Source of the DNA: Trypanosoma brucei
Lineage: Eukaryota
Reading direction: 5' to 3'
Assembly: GCA_000002445.1 (NCBI GenBank)
Contig: CP000070.1
Span: 1,280,001 to 1,344,000, forward strand
DNA length: 64,000 nt
Below the pieces are notes generated by a model. That model was not told the origin of the DNA. It did no database searches and worked only from the letters and a program-made list of their open reading frames with translations. How positions within the stretch are numbered: the stretch's first letter is position 1; each line of letters begins with the position of its first letter. This document shows positions 11,401 to 20,339 of this stretch, piece after piece. Both the position numbers and the translations under genes were made by a program.

Positions 11401-12746
11401 TGGTAGTAGTAGCCAATAACCCACATGATGCCCTCAATGTAGTGTAGTCTTAGTTTGGCCATATCTTCCCCTTGTGGATCCCACCCCATGGCAAACTGAT
11501 GCTTGTCTCGGTAGTAACGGTCTTTGTACTCCCTTAACGACTCCACAGTCGACGTTGATATTGTGGCAGCCCGGTGTTCGCCACATTGTTGTGCCATTCT
11601 TCGCTGATACTCCTGTTCCTGCGCCTCTCGAGCTTTAATTGTGGTGAATTCTAGGTCGGCAAGCCCCTGCAGCCACCCCTCCACGGCTCGCCAGTCAATG
11701 CGTCCCATGTCGGTTAGGTACGTGTGGGCCAACAGCACCCGCTGCGCGTAAAGGTCAAGCATTTGCACCAAACTTCCATCGTGGATACCAAGCGTTGGGA
11801 TACTCGGTAGAAAATCATTACCGATAAAAAAGCACATGAGCACGAAGTCGTCTACAACTCGCTCTAGGTCGTAGTTGGTCGGGAGCTTGTCACCAAGCCT
11901 CTCGCGAACCTCAAGGTCGAGATAATCACGCAAGACATTCACATGAAACAAAACAAACTCGTCAGGCTTCTGATAAGACTTGTCAGCCACAATGCCGTCT
12001 GATTCGTCCTGCTCACGCTGTTCACGTGCCCGCCGCGATTCCTGGCCAAACCCAAAGGTCACCACCTCACGCAACAGCACAAAATGAGGCTCGTGAGTAG
12101 CGAGCGCTAGCATGACGAGATCTGCATCAAGTCCGTACATGCAGTGCGTTTCGTTCGGACCGTAGTCCGGCTGCATCTTCCTCCGACGGATAAATTCAAC
12201 AATTTTATGCTCACCCTCACCGGGGTGGTCATGGCCCGAGTAGATAACGCTACAGTTTTGCCACGCAGGGTCCGTCGACATCTTCATCATGATAAAGTAT
12301 TGAAAATGTTCACTTATGCGCACCATGAAGTCCGTTCCCGGGGTAATGCAGTTACTGTCAAACACATCAGCTTCCTCGGGAAGTTCCTCGCCGCGAGATA
12401 AAGCCTCCTCCCGTGCAACCATCATTTCGTACCCACTGCGGTAACGCCGCTGCCGTTGCTGGTTCATCTTGGCTCGTGGGGCCACGCCATCAACGGCAAG
12501 GAAGAAGCACTTTCGGGGCTGAATCGCATTGAAAAGTTTTTCCAAGTACGAAAACATGGCCTCGACCATAGCCTTCTCCGTGGGCGCTTTGTGTGTGGCA
12601 TCCGCATCATTGGGATGTGTGCAGTTGTGAATAATACCATTCATATCCAGGTACAGATTATCAACTGGAGGTGGAAAATCACGAAATGGGGTGATCACTG
12701 AGGGGTAGCGCTCCGCTACCCATCGAAAGAATTTTGGAACACCCAT
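8490..12746 (-). CDS. XRNA: 5'-3' exoribonuclease, XRN1/XRN2 family (XRNA-like, 1418 aa)
   Basis: N-terminus MGVPKFFRWVAERYP....LYLDMNGIIHNC is the signature XRN_N start. Further conserved XRN blocks are present: FFLAVDGVAPRAKMNQQRQRR, GEGEHKI, YGLDADL. A long low-complexity C-terminal tail matches trypanosomatid XRNA. Confidence 0.9.
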   Translation of the reverse strand: MGVPKFFRWVAERYPSVITPFRDFPPPVDNLYLDMNGIIHNCTHPNDADATHKAPTEKAMVEAMFSYLEKLFNAIQPRKCFFLAVDGVAPRAKMNQQRQRRYRSGYEMMVAREEALSRGEELPEEADVFDSNCITPGTDFMVRISEHFQYFIMMKMSTDPAWQNCSVIYSGHDHPGEGEHKIVEFIRRRKMQPDYGPNETHCMYGLDADLVMLALATHEPHFVLLREVVTFGFGQESRRAREQREQDESDGIVADKSYQKPDEFVLFHVNVLRDYLDLEVRERLGDKLPTNYDLERVVDDFVLMCFFIGNDFLPSIPTLGIHDGSLVQMLDLYAQRVLLAHTYLTDMGRIDWRAVEGWLQGLADLEFTTIKAREAQEQEYQRRMAQQCGEHRAATISTSTVESLREYKDRYYRDKHQFAMGWDPQGEDMAKLRLHYIEGIMWVIGYYYQGPPSWKWYFPHHYAPMASDLVNLPAVAACVKFDPGKPFLPHQQLLAVLPPMSYRSMPRAYWPLLRSKNSPLARYFPEKLQIDREGTRAPWEGVVLIPFIEERTLLAAYETVQDRVTPEERKNNRLGLPTLYAYDPTIEAYEVPNSLFGPLRRTTVRRDAFDFPPLTKFIPRLCTGVCTGEQQFEGFTTLRSKWRYITPQRESGVVTIFGMPARGESLLLGLKDSFNAIAAHEVATLVGQEVLVGFPHYRRARVVAVSDKRVHISANINLEGVSCGANVRELNRDASMNIAKELETHRQCMREKLGMSVSNLTVLVYVNLFTGMRMTRKGRVVRNFSKDQTCYALPLVARLQDVKLTEDSRYVERDRVEWDNRFGSRVILVGAEPKSMKGKDQQLYGSSGVVVRSSPDAEGTFTVAARVFQKPVSIPHVLLDYASSRNWVSMPDVSNEVRVGPLALKHLVGSVRTSPQYGCREIGLGLIYTRNNLVRIGYAKQTVRGGKAWGAPGGRLGAGLENSDDAFGRPVQDAAPAGHYLESLQKGESRPRSSRPMQYMTWFSRKAVVLIKTYVERFKPLVDRLESIASSPQALDPPQFMTGEWADNDVDDVLRSIEEFIESCGIQSVPLVAAQDDAFPREHVRMLEEELDRQGPRPLEDRMLSSVARRCLYFPVTRCAGGHISQLPLPQEQTVHLGSRVVNCRACGAAPFGATGTVVRLLSTGHDAEVVYDDPFVGGSYFDGRLRQPRGSISKLSTLLVLNKPSGDESESSQGQNGSVVQNLKSICKKLQQKEDDHDQQQQHGRGVGIPSTEGTPSIPKPRSAMGETSASGIAAGRNVVSPSSLTVSGGSGGIQVAELMGKLASSKATSPDAGLNICGATYAPTVASNKLPVAPRSVTTTAAPGSGTFSVPLPRTSGNANRTNSGDGEGDKGCRKPGFSFTVPSEVLNGEFQIRPGEGALLLKRMISQHLSGDRKR

Positions 12747-14951
12747 GTCTACACGTATATATAAACTGTTTCGCTATCAGAATCTCTCTTATTTGAGAAT
12801 CTCTCACCTTTTCTTTGCTCACCCTTCAGGTTTCTTCTTTTTGCAGTTTGGTAATCACCAACCACCTGACGCACTCAATCCTTTCACGTTCCACTTCGTT
12901 CGTTTCCTCTCCTTTTGCTTCCCCCCAATACTCTGTGACAGAAGGCGTATACCTGGGTTGGAGGGAACGAAAATAATAGGGAAGCACTTTATTGTTTCTC
13001 CTCTCGTTTTCCTCTTCCTTATGAATCTCCCACTATGTTGTTGTTGTTTTCTTTTTTCTTGGGTTGGCTCTCTCTCTCTCTCTCTCTCTTCGTCCCTCCT
13101 GTCCTTTCGCAGCCGCAAAACGTCCGCTTTTTTTTTTTGCTTCTTTCGTTCGTCCTCGATTGTTTCCTCTTTCCTCGTCCCTCTTTCACCACACCTTTCT
13201 CCGTCTGTCTTCCTGTAATGCAACTTCTTTTTTTTCCTTTGTATTTCTTTTCCCTAGTCCCTTACCCTCAGTAATTTGGCCTCGCGCTACGAGCGGACAA
13301 AACACGCCAAAAAAAAGGTCAGCACGTGGCCCACAACAATAGCAAAGATTTTACCCGTTTTCTCTTTTCTTCTCTCTTCTTTAACCCACTCTTTTCTCTC
13401 CCACGCCGATTAATGGGAGTAAGGGGAAAGAGAGACCAACGGAATATAGTACAAGAAAATAAAGGGAAATAAAGCACCCGGGAGGGGGAAAAAACAAATG
13501 GAAGTAAAGGTGGAAGGAATAAACAACGACTACCACCGACCGGCTGCGCTAACTGTAGAAATCTATGTAGATATCTATATACAGCCACTGCGAAAGTGTC
13601 CGAGTCTTCGCTTGTCTTCTTTTTATCTTTATCCTTGTTTTTCTCTTTTTTTTTCTCTTTTCCCTATTTTAACCCTATTGTTCTTTCGTCGGCGGCCCCA
13701 CTATTAAAATCTTCCAAGGTCCTGTCAAGTGGTAGCTAACGACAAATGGTAAAGTAGGAAGGAGAACCGAGCGAACGAAAGACGAAAACAAGAAGTCTAC
13801 TCCCTGTTCTGCCCTCTTTTATTTATTTTTTTTACAATATATATTACTCCTTCTTTACACAGGAGAAACAAATGTGACGGTCCCAAAGAAGAGAAGTGCA
13901 ACCGGAAGCTGCTCTACCGAGGCACAGAACAAGAGTAAAGAGAAGAATCAAATGAAGAACAAAACAAAACCAAAAAAAAGAGGCTGGTCTGTTTGCTTCC
14001 AGTGACAACAAAAGAAAAAAGTGTAAGGAAACTGAGGGAATTATAACAATAATCTCAAGAAAACAAAACAACAACAAAAGTGAAAAGGTAATGAACACAA
14101 AAGTCTGAAAACGAAGGGTTGTGTATGTGTGTGGGGAGGGAAAGTATTCTCCCTGTTACAAAACTTTAAAAAGTCTTTTAGCGTTAATGTGTGATACAAG
14201 CACGCCTAATAACTAGAAAAAAACTAGCGGAAAGGAAAAGAAGAGAAGAGATACGAAAACGACCGAAGATGAGATCGCAGTGAAAGATGAGACTTTGGCG
14301 CACAAAAACAATTAAGCAGTGATCATATTATTGAAAAGTGATACATCAGTGCAAACATCACGTGAAAGAAGGGATGATGATACATTTAACGAGAGAAAAA
14401 AGTAAATGAAATAGAAAACAGAATTGAAAATCAGTCAGATCCTACGCCGGGAAGAATAACCGCGCCTCATTCTAACATGAAGTGCACGAAGAAAAAACAA
14501 AAAGGGGTAAAAGGAGGGAAGAAGGGGGGCAAAAAATTGCAGAAATTGAAAGCGGCAAAGTGGTAAACACAAAAAAATGGGAATAACAACACAAAATACA
14601 GCCAAATTTTTTCAAAATGGTTGTTTATGTGTTGTCATGTAACGGAACTGCAGAAGGAGGAGGTCCTTACACAAACGCCCACCAGCGAACATCTTCACCT
14701 CTTCTTTCCTTTAATTTCGTCCGTTCATGCGTCCCTTCCTCCGAGTGCCTTCCCCGCCAATATCACGTACGAAGATACTTCGCATTTCCCAGCATGCGTT
14801 ACTCCCTACCCCGCGCGTCCCACTCTCTAATCTTCTAACAAGTGTGTAAAGTTTGTTGTCCTTCGTTTACGATTTTGGCACCCCCTCTATCTCACCTCCC
14901 TCGCGCACCCACTCTACATGACTGCAGGAATACTCTCCACAGCGGATTACA

Positions 14952-16061
14952 TCAGTCCACCAGCACCTGGACCTGCTTTTCGCGCTCTTGGCTCCGCCCA
15001 ACAGGCGAATCCGACGACCCCTTCCCGTTTCCGGCTCCGCAATGTCTCCGTGGTGACCGCAAAGCCGGGCTTGTTGTGGCTCCTCCCTGTTCCGCACCCT
15101 CGGCAACCGCCTCCCCACTCACCAACGGGAGTTCGCCACCGTCCCGTGTATCCATACCAGCATCAGCGCAGGCGCCCTTGACACTGTGGTCACACGGAAA
15201 TCGCGGAACCCGTGCGTGCCGCTTCCCCACAATATTGCTGCCTGACTTAAGGGTCCCCTTCTTGGTGTATTCAAAGTTAACGGTGCGGTTGCGGTGGTCA
15301 ATCTCAGCTCCCCGCGCCAGATCCATCGTGTAGTCACCCACTTGGTACACTTCTGCGCAGTGGCAGTGCCTGCTGTTCACCCCGCCGCTCACCTCATCAC
15401 GAAGATACGCCCTGGGACGGTAGTCGCAACTGCCCTTCATAAAGTCGCTCTTTACATCACGCACACCCTGAGGATGATCGTTAGTGCGTAGCAAGAACGC
15501 GTTGTGACTCATGGGCGTAAAATCATAGCCAGCCTGGGAAAGCACAGGTGGTGGGCAGTTCTTGTACAGCACCTGAGGATGGAAACTGCGAGCCGGCGGG
15601 GTGCTGCCAGAAAGATGGTGGCCCCGCCCGTCTACGATGGCGCGCAGCCGGGGAAGCAGTGTAGAACGGTTCTTGAGCGTGCAGTCAAGTGTCTCCTTGT
15701 GGAAGACACCGTTAGGGTCGTATGTAGAAACGCCCTTCAATGTGCTTGGATCGTTCGGATTAGTACGCACGAAGGACTCAAAGGAGCCACAGGAGAACTG
15801 GATGCGAGCCTTTAGGAACCCCCAGTGCTTTGTGTTGGCCTCTTCCACAGCGTCAAGCGCATCACGGTAAGTGGCACCATGCTTTAACACATGTGTTTGC
15901 CATCGAGCAAGTGGATGTACGCGTGTCGAAGTTGTGTTGATATCAGTCATGTTGTAGCCCTTCTTCCGGAGCTCCTTCTTTGGCGGAAGCACCAGAAGTG
16001 AGTAACTCACTGGCTGACTAAGCGAAGGTCCACAGAAAGAACCGGTGGTAGTGGAGAACAT
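14952..16061 (-). CDS. Conserved hypothetical protein; the true start may be the internal Met at MTDINTTS...
   Basis: 369-aa ORF in array orientation. It shows non-repetitive, balanced composition and includes the segment PPKKELRKKGYNMTDINTTSTRVHPLARWQTHVLKHGATYRDALDAVEEANTKHWGFLKARIQF. The C-terminal third is Gly/Ala/Ser-rich. No family assigned from sequence alone. Confidence 0.5.
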   Translation of the reverse strand: MFSTTTGSFCGPSLSQPVSYSLLVLPPKKELRKKGYNMTDINTTSTRVHPLARWQTHVLKHGATYRDALDAVEEANTKHWGFLKARIQFSCGSFESFVRTNPNDPSTLKGVSTYDPNGVFHKETLDCTLKNRSTLLPRLRAIVDGRGHHLSGSTPPARSFHPQVLYKNCPPPVLSQAGYDFTPMSHNAFLLRTNDHPQGVRDVKSDFMKGSCDYRPRAYLRDEVSGGVNSRHCHCAEVYQVGDYTMDLARGAEIDHRNRTVNFEYTKKGTLKSGSNIVGKRHARVPRFPCDHSVKGACADAGMDTRDGGELPLVSGEAVAEGAEQGGATTSPALRSPRRHCGAGNGKGSSDSPVGRSQEREKQVQVLVD

Positions 16062-17056
16062 GCTTCTTTAGGATGCCCTTTCGCTTTATGTTTTCATGTG
16101 CACAAGAAGTGAATAAACAGAACGTAGGGGATAACAGCAACACAGCAAATATGAGGAGACAAAAATGCAAAACTGATCGGAAAAACAGAGTACGGCGAGG
16201 CCACAAAATTAGAAGAACTAAGGAGTAGGGTAGATCTCGCCTTTGATACGGGGAGGCACCCCGTGTACAAAGCACCAGAACGATTGTCAGAGAAAGGTCA
16301 AGATCGCGCAACAGGGTGGAGGAAAAAAAAAAAGGTATATCCTCAAAAACGGAAAAGCACTCAGATGGATATATAAGTGTGTATAGGTAGTGAAAAAACG
16401 GTGCCCACACGCCCCAACGCCGCCGCGAATACTGTGTGGAACCAAGCGCTCCCCGCAGTATTTAAAGTGTTGCTGAAACGTGGAAAAGAGCGTAGCATGG
16501 GCTAAACACAGCGCACAAATGTAGATACAAAAATATATAAGTCTGTATATATTACTCATTTGGTCACGCTTTTCATTTATATATCGAATGACAGTTATAG
16601 ACAAAGGGTAGGTAAAGAAATGGTGGTGAAATAAATCCATTAACTAACACATAAAAAAGAACATATTATCGAACCGAAGTATCTCACAGTCGCTTTTGTG
16701 GGAAAATAATAATGATAACAGTTAATATTCCCCCTGCACCAAAAATAAGGAAACTGAGAAGGAAAAAATAAACAAATCATAGAGTAGGGATGAAAAAGGA
16801 AAGCCCAACAAACCATTATTGAAACACTTTAGAATTAAAACACAATAGTCCACGTCCGCACCTGCAGACACTACCCCCACTGAAAAAAAAAAAAGAGCAA
16901 AGGTCGCGCACAGAAAAATACAGCTATCACAAACCATTGCTATTTGTGGGGACAATGGTAGCAAATGTGTAGTCATTTTATCGCACCCAACGAGTCTCAA
17001 ATACTGCTGAAGGTTAAAACTCCTTTATGCAATAATTTGGCCATTCCGGTCTCATA

Positions 17057-19282
17057 CTACAGGAATGCTTCCAGGTCGAAAACGCTCAGCGGAGCTCTTC
17101 TCGACTGCGGGCCCCGTAACAGATCATTTAACGAGTCTACACGCTTCGCCATTTGTTTCTCTCCTAATGACGTGGTCTTCGAGGGCCAACCTTCCGCATA
17201 CGGCCACGGAAACTCACTCAGGGTGTCACAGTCCAGGACACTGTACTGCGCAGGTGCCTTTTTTTTGGGACGCCTTTGCTGTCGAGGCTGCAGGTTTCGG
17301 GTCGTATGACGCGTGCCCAATTGCCGAATATCCATCCGGATGGCTTTGCCCACAGCATCCGGTATTATATCCACATCATCGATAGCTAGCTGCCGCATTA
17401 ATGAGCCGACCCCGGGTGCGGTCTCAGTGCGGTCGAGTTCGACCTTCTCCCTGCACTCGATTAATTGCTGCTTTTTGAACCACTTGCCGCCACCACCACC
17501 ACCACTGGAGATCAGCGATGCGGCGTAACGCTTAAGGCACGGATGTGAAGATATTGCAAGACCATCCCTCACTGTGAAGTCCATCCCCACCTCTGCGGCT
17601 TGTCGTTTACGGCAGATCCAACCACCTGCGCCCACACTTCGTGTGTTTTGCTCGTGGTGCCCCGTCGCATCGTCATCGTCATAGCCATCCACCTCTTCAT
17701 CACTCCATAGCTCTTGGAAAAGGGGGTTTGGATCCGTTAAACGACCCACAGCAGCGGCCCCGACGCGTCCTCTCTTCATGCCAACACAGGGTCTTCCCGT
17801 CTCTACCTGCGTAAGGATCATATTTGACTCACAGTCGTGGTCTTCCTCAGCATCTTCTCGCTCCATCTCCCCCTGCATTCGACACCCACATTCCTGCTCT
17901 TCTCGCATTTCTTGCCCCTCTTCGGTTGCAGATCGCCCCGTTTGCTCACTGGGAAATCTCTCTGTCTCGTCATATCCTCGTCCCATTTTCTTTTCACAGC
18001 GGTGGTCTTTTTGTTTCGGGTTCGCGTACGCACTCCCTCGCTCAACGGACTTGCAGCTACACGCCGCCGGCTGCTCGCTCTCTCCCGATGGGGAAACATT
18101 GGAGGAGAGAGACAAAGTGGGGAGTGGCTTCAACCACACGACGCTTCGAATGAAGGCCGTGTGCTCCACGCAGCACATGCCCATCGCATATTGTAGCGTG
18201 CGAAGGGGCCCTAAAACAGGAAGCTCCTCCCGGTCGCTGTACAAAACAATGTGATTACAATGCTTTGCGTAAAATGCACGGACTGCGGCTTCGTCCCCAC
18301 AACTGTCAACCGCGTCGAGCAGCGACAAATCCAGAACGGCGCAACCTTGGGTAAAAGGCAGAAACACACGTACCTCATCGTAGAGAAATTGCTGGACGAC
18401 GACAAACGTTGTACCAGCAAACAGTCGCTGCCGTCTTTCCTTTAGTGACGAATCCGAGAGCACAACCTTCAACCCCGCCGAAATCTCACCTGCCGCGGGT
18501 GGTGCTCTGTTGTCTGACACAAAAATTTCGCTGCTCTCGCTACTCAGAAGTGCAGACCACGAGCTGTCAACTGATGGAAAATATGCACGTGGGTCCTGAA
18601 GCTCCTTTTGCGGGTTGCTCTCCCTGCCCTCCTGCAGCACCTTGAAGTACTCAGGGGTTACAATGTGCGAGGAGAAACGACACAACACAGCAACGGCAGC
18701 GGGTGTTATGGTTAAGTGTGGGGTAACGAGATAATCTGCCAGAGCGATATCCGACACGGTTACAGCACCGCATCGGCTCATCCATTCATACATGCATCCA
18801 TCGTTGTAGTCGACTGTGAAGACGCGCATGGGGCTCCATCTCAAAGAAAGGGTCGTACCACGAGCCCCCAAAGTCATGGAAAACCCCCTCCACAGCGCAG
18901 AGTTAACAGGAACACAACACGAATCACCCCTGGACAATTTAACACGCGTCGGAGTGGCACCGGAGAGTTGAACATCCCTCTCCACGGCGTGCGTACTGTC
19001 ATTGTCACCGTCGATGCCGCCACGATTGGGGGAAGAGCGAAGTTCGGTACCGTACTTTGATGTGTCGGTGACAATAAGAGGCAGAAGATCCTTTCCCTCC
19101 TCGTTGCTGAGCTCCTGAGGTTGGGCAAGTGAGGGAAGCAATCCTACCCTTAAAGTGAGATGCTTTCTGCTGATACTGGGATCCCCCGCCAGCGTTATGT
19201 GACACTCCTTGCTACCTACCGTGTAAGTGGCGCCCCCCACAAGCCAAAAGCGGGCCTGACCATTCATAAACACGATCCACAT
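17057..19282 (-). CDS. FHA-domain plus BRCT-like DNA-damage-response protein; candidate NBS1/nibrin orthologue
   Basis: N-terminal FHA signature FWLVGGATYTVGSKECHITLAGDPSISRKHLTL...SKYGTELRSS (G-K/R...S-R-x-H...N/G-T). A BRCT-like block follows (LFAGTTFVVVQQFL...HIVLYSDREE...WLKPLP). A basic KWFKK motif resembles the NBS1 MRE11-binding NFKKFKK motif. The acidic FxF C-terminus (SVFDLEAFL-COOH) resembles the NBS1/Ku80/ATRIP PIKK-binding tail. Confidence 0.5.
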   Translation of the reverse strand: MWIVFMNGQARFWLVGGATYTVGSKECHITLAGDPSISRKHLTLRVGLLPSLAQPQELSNEEGKDLLPLIVTDTSKYGTELRSSPNRGGIDGDNDSTHAVERDVQLSGATPTRVKLSRGDSCCVPVNSALWRGFSMTLGARGTTLSLRWSPMRVFTVDYNDGCMYEWMSRCGAVTVSDIALADYLVTPHLTITPAAVAVLCRFSSHIVTPEYFKVLQEGRESNPQKELQDPRAYFPSVDSSWSALLSSESSEIFVSDNRAPPAAGEISAGLKVVLSDSSLKERRQRLFAGTTFVVVQQFLYDEVRVFLPFTQGCAVLDLSLLDAVDSCGDEAAVRAFYAKHCNHIVLYSDREELPVLGPLRTLQYAMGMCCVEHTAFIRSVVWLKPLPTLSLSSNVSPSGESEQPAACSCKSVERGSAYANPKQKDHRCEKKMGRGYDETERFPSEQTGRSATEEGQEMREEQECGCRMQGEMEREDAEEDHDCESNMILTQVETGRPCVGMKRGRVGAAAVGRLTDPNPLFQELWSDEEVDGYDDDDATGHHEQNTRSVGAGGWICRKRQAAEVGMDFTVRDGLAISSHPCLKRYAASLISSGGGGGGKWFKKQQLIECREKVELDRTETAPGVGSLMRQLAIDDVDIIPDAVGKAIRMDIRQLGTRHTTRNLQPRQQRRPKKKAPAQYSVLDCDTLSEFPWPYAEGWPSKTTSLGEKQMAKRVDSLNDLLRGPQSRRAPLSVFDLEAFL

Positions 19283-19354
19283 GGCAATTTTTCAACGCTG
19301 ACAGGCACCAACCAGCAATTATTTCTTGCCAAATCTTCCTTGCCCTGCCAAGCA

Positions 19355-19385
19355 AATCACACATTGATAAAGAAGAAAAAAAAGA
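19355..19385 (-). promoter_or_regulatory. Polypyrimidine tract (CTTCTTTTTTTTCTTCTTTATC on the minus strand) about 80-100 nt upstream of the 17057-19282 start; likely trans-splicing/polyadenylation coupling signal
   Basis: Pyrimidine run on the coding (minus) strand, followed by AG dinucleotides before the ATG at 19282. This is the canonical trypanosomatid SL-acceptor architecture. Confidence 0.4.
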
Positions 19386-19604
19386 AGCCAGTCCAGGGAG
19401 GTGAAACAATGGGAAACTAATGAGTAAAAGAAACATTTAATGATACTTATTTCGTATAACATTAAAGAAGCTACACGAGTGCTCGCCTGGGGTGCCCCCG
19501 TCTTAACAATGACCTTTGGACAAGTATGCGACGACAACGCAGCATCAGCCTCCTCTGTTACCTTTACAAGGAACCCATCTTCCTCATGTCCCATTCCACC
19601 TGTT

Positions 19605-20030
19605 CTAAGACACCTTCAAGCCAACAATCAGAGAAGCGATTACGGCAAGTGCACCACACCCAAGAACCCAAGAAAGAAACACCTGGTCGCCGACATCATC
19701 AGGACACATGGACAACTCAGATATGCAACTGCTCCCGGGAGCCGTAGTATTCGGGAAGACACAGGCGATTCCACCCTCCATCGTAGGGCAAAAAAGTCCA
19801 CCATTTTTAATGCAATCACCACAAGAAACCTCTTGAAGAAAGCAATCAGTGAAATTTAAGCAAGCAGTGCCACCACAGGAGCAATCACCCTGCGTTTCAC
19901 ATGTCATATCCACAGGGCACCAGCGATTTGATTCGTTGACTGACGTACACTGGGTGCACGATGAAGGCAGAGCACCACCCAGTATAGAAACACCCATTAA
20001 CATCAGTGTCTGCAGTAATAACATTGCCAA
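19605..20030 (-). CDS. Small Cys-rich predicted surface protein (signal peptide + 14-Cys ectodomain + hydrophobic C-terminus/GPI signal), 141 aa
   Basis: N-terminal hydrophobic leader MAMLLLQTLMLMGVSILGGALP. 14 cysteines and 3 N-glycosylation sequons in about 100 aa. C-terminus DDVGDQ-VFLSWVLGCGALAVIASLIVGLKVS is typical of a GPI-addition or TM signal. It lies in array orientation in the 1-kb gap between RNase H1 and the FHA gene. A polypyrimidine tract lies about 100 nt upstream on the minus strand (20100-20160). Confidence 0.45.
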   Translation of the reverse strand: MAMLLLQTLMLMGVSILGGALPSSCTQCTSVNESNRWCPVDMTCETQGDCSCGGTACLNFTDCFLQEVSCGDCIKNGGLFCPTMEGGIACVFPNTTAPGSSCISELSMCPDDVGDQVFLSWVLGCGALAVIASLIVGLKVS

Positions 20031-20339
20031 TCTCGCCCTTTTTCGACGGCGGTGCTGTCAGAAGGTCACCGTTTATTGCTATTAACGAACACACCTTTGC
20101 CCTTAATCCTAAAACGGGTGTGAGCTTCAGTAGAACACACAAAAAAAACGGTGTAAGAAGGTGTCTAACGCGAAGGACGAGGGAAGACATGCCCAGCCAT
20201 CTGAGTGAGCACTTCAAAGATAGTGAGGAGGCTGCGAACAGTACAACGAAAATAACGCAGCCTTTCCTTTGGTTTACAGCCACAGAGAATCACTTGCGTC
20301 ATGTAACCAATCAGTGATGGCGTTCCTGTCTGTGCCACG

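Noticed and set aside
8527-12701. Many antisense or alternative-frame ORFs inside the XRN gene (for example 8527-8862, 8894-9400, 11120-11437)
   Set aside because: They are contained within a strongly supported 1418-aa XRN CDS on the opposite strand or frame. This is an expected by-product of a long GC-balanced CDS.
12855-13223. 122-aa K/R/E-rich ORF on the minus strand
   Set aside because: It lies in the CT-rich spacer upstream of XRN (plus-strand (CT)n at about 13070). It has a low-complexity charged translation, no start context, and overlaps an equally spurious plus-strand ORF.
19897-20283. 128-aa minus-strand ORF overlapping the Cys-rich small ORF
   Set aside because: It has no signal or domain logic. 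It overlaps the better-supported 19605-20030 ORF and runs into the RNase H1 3' end.
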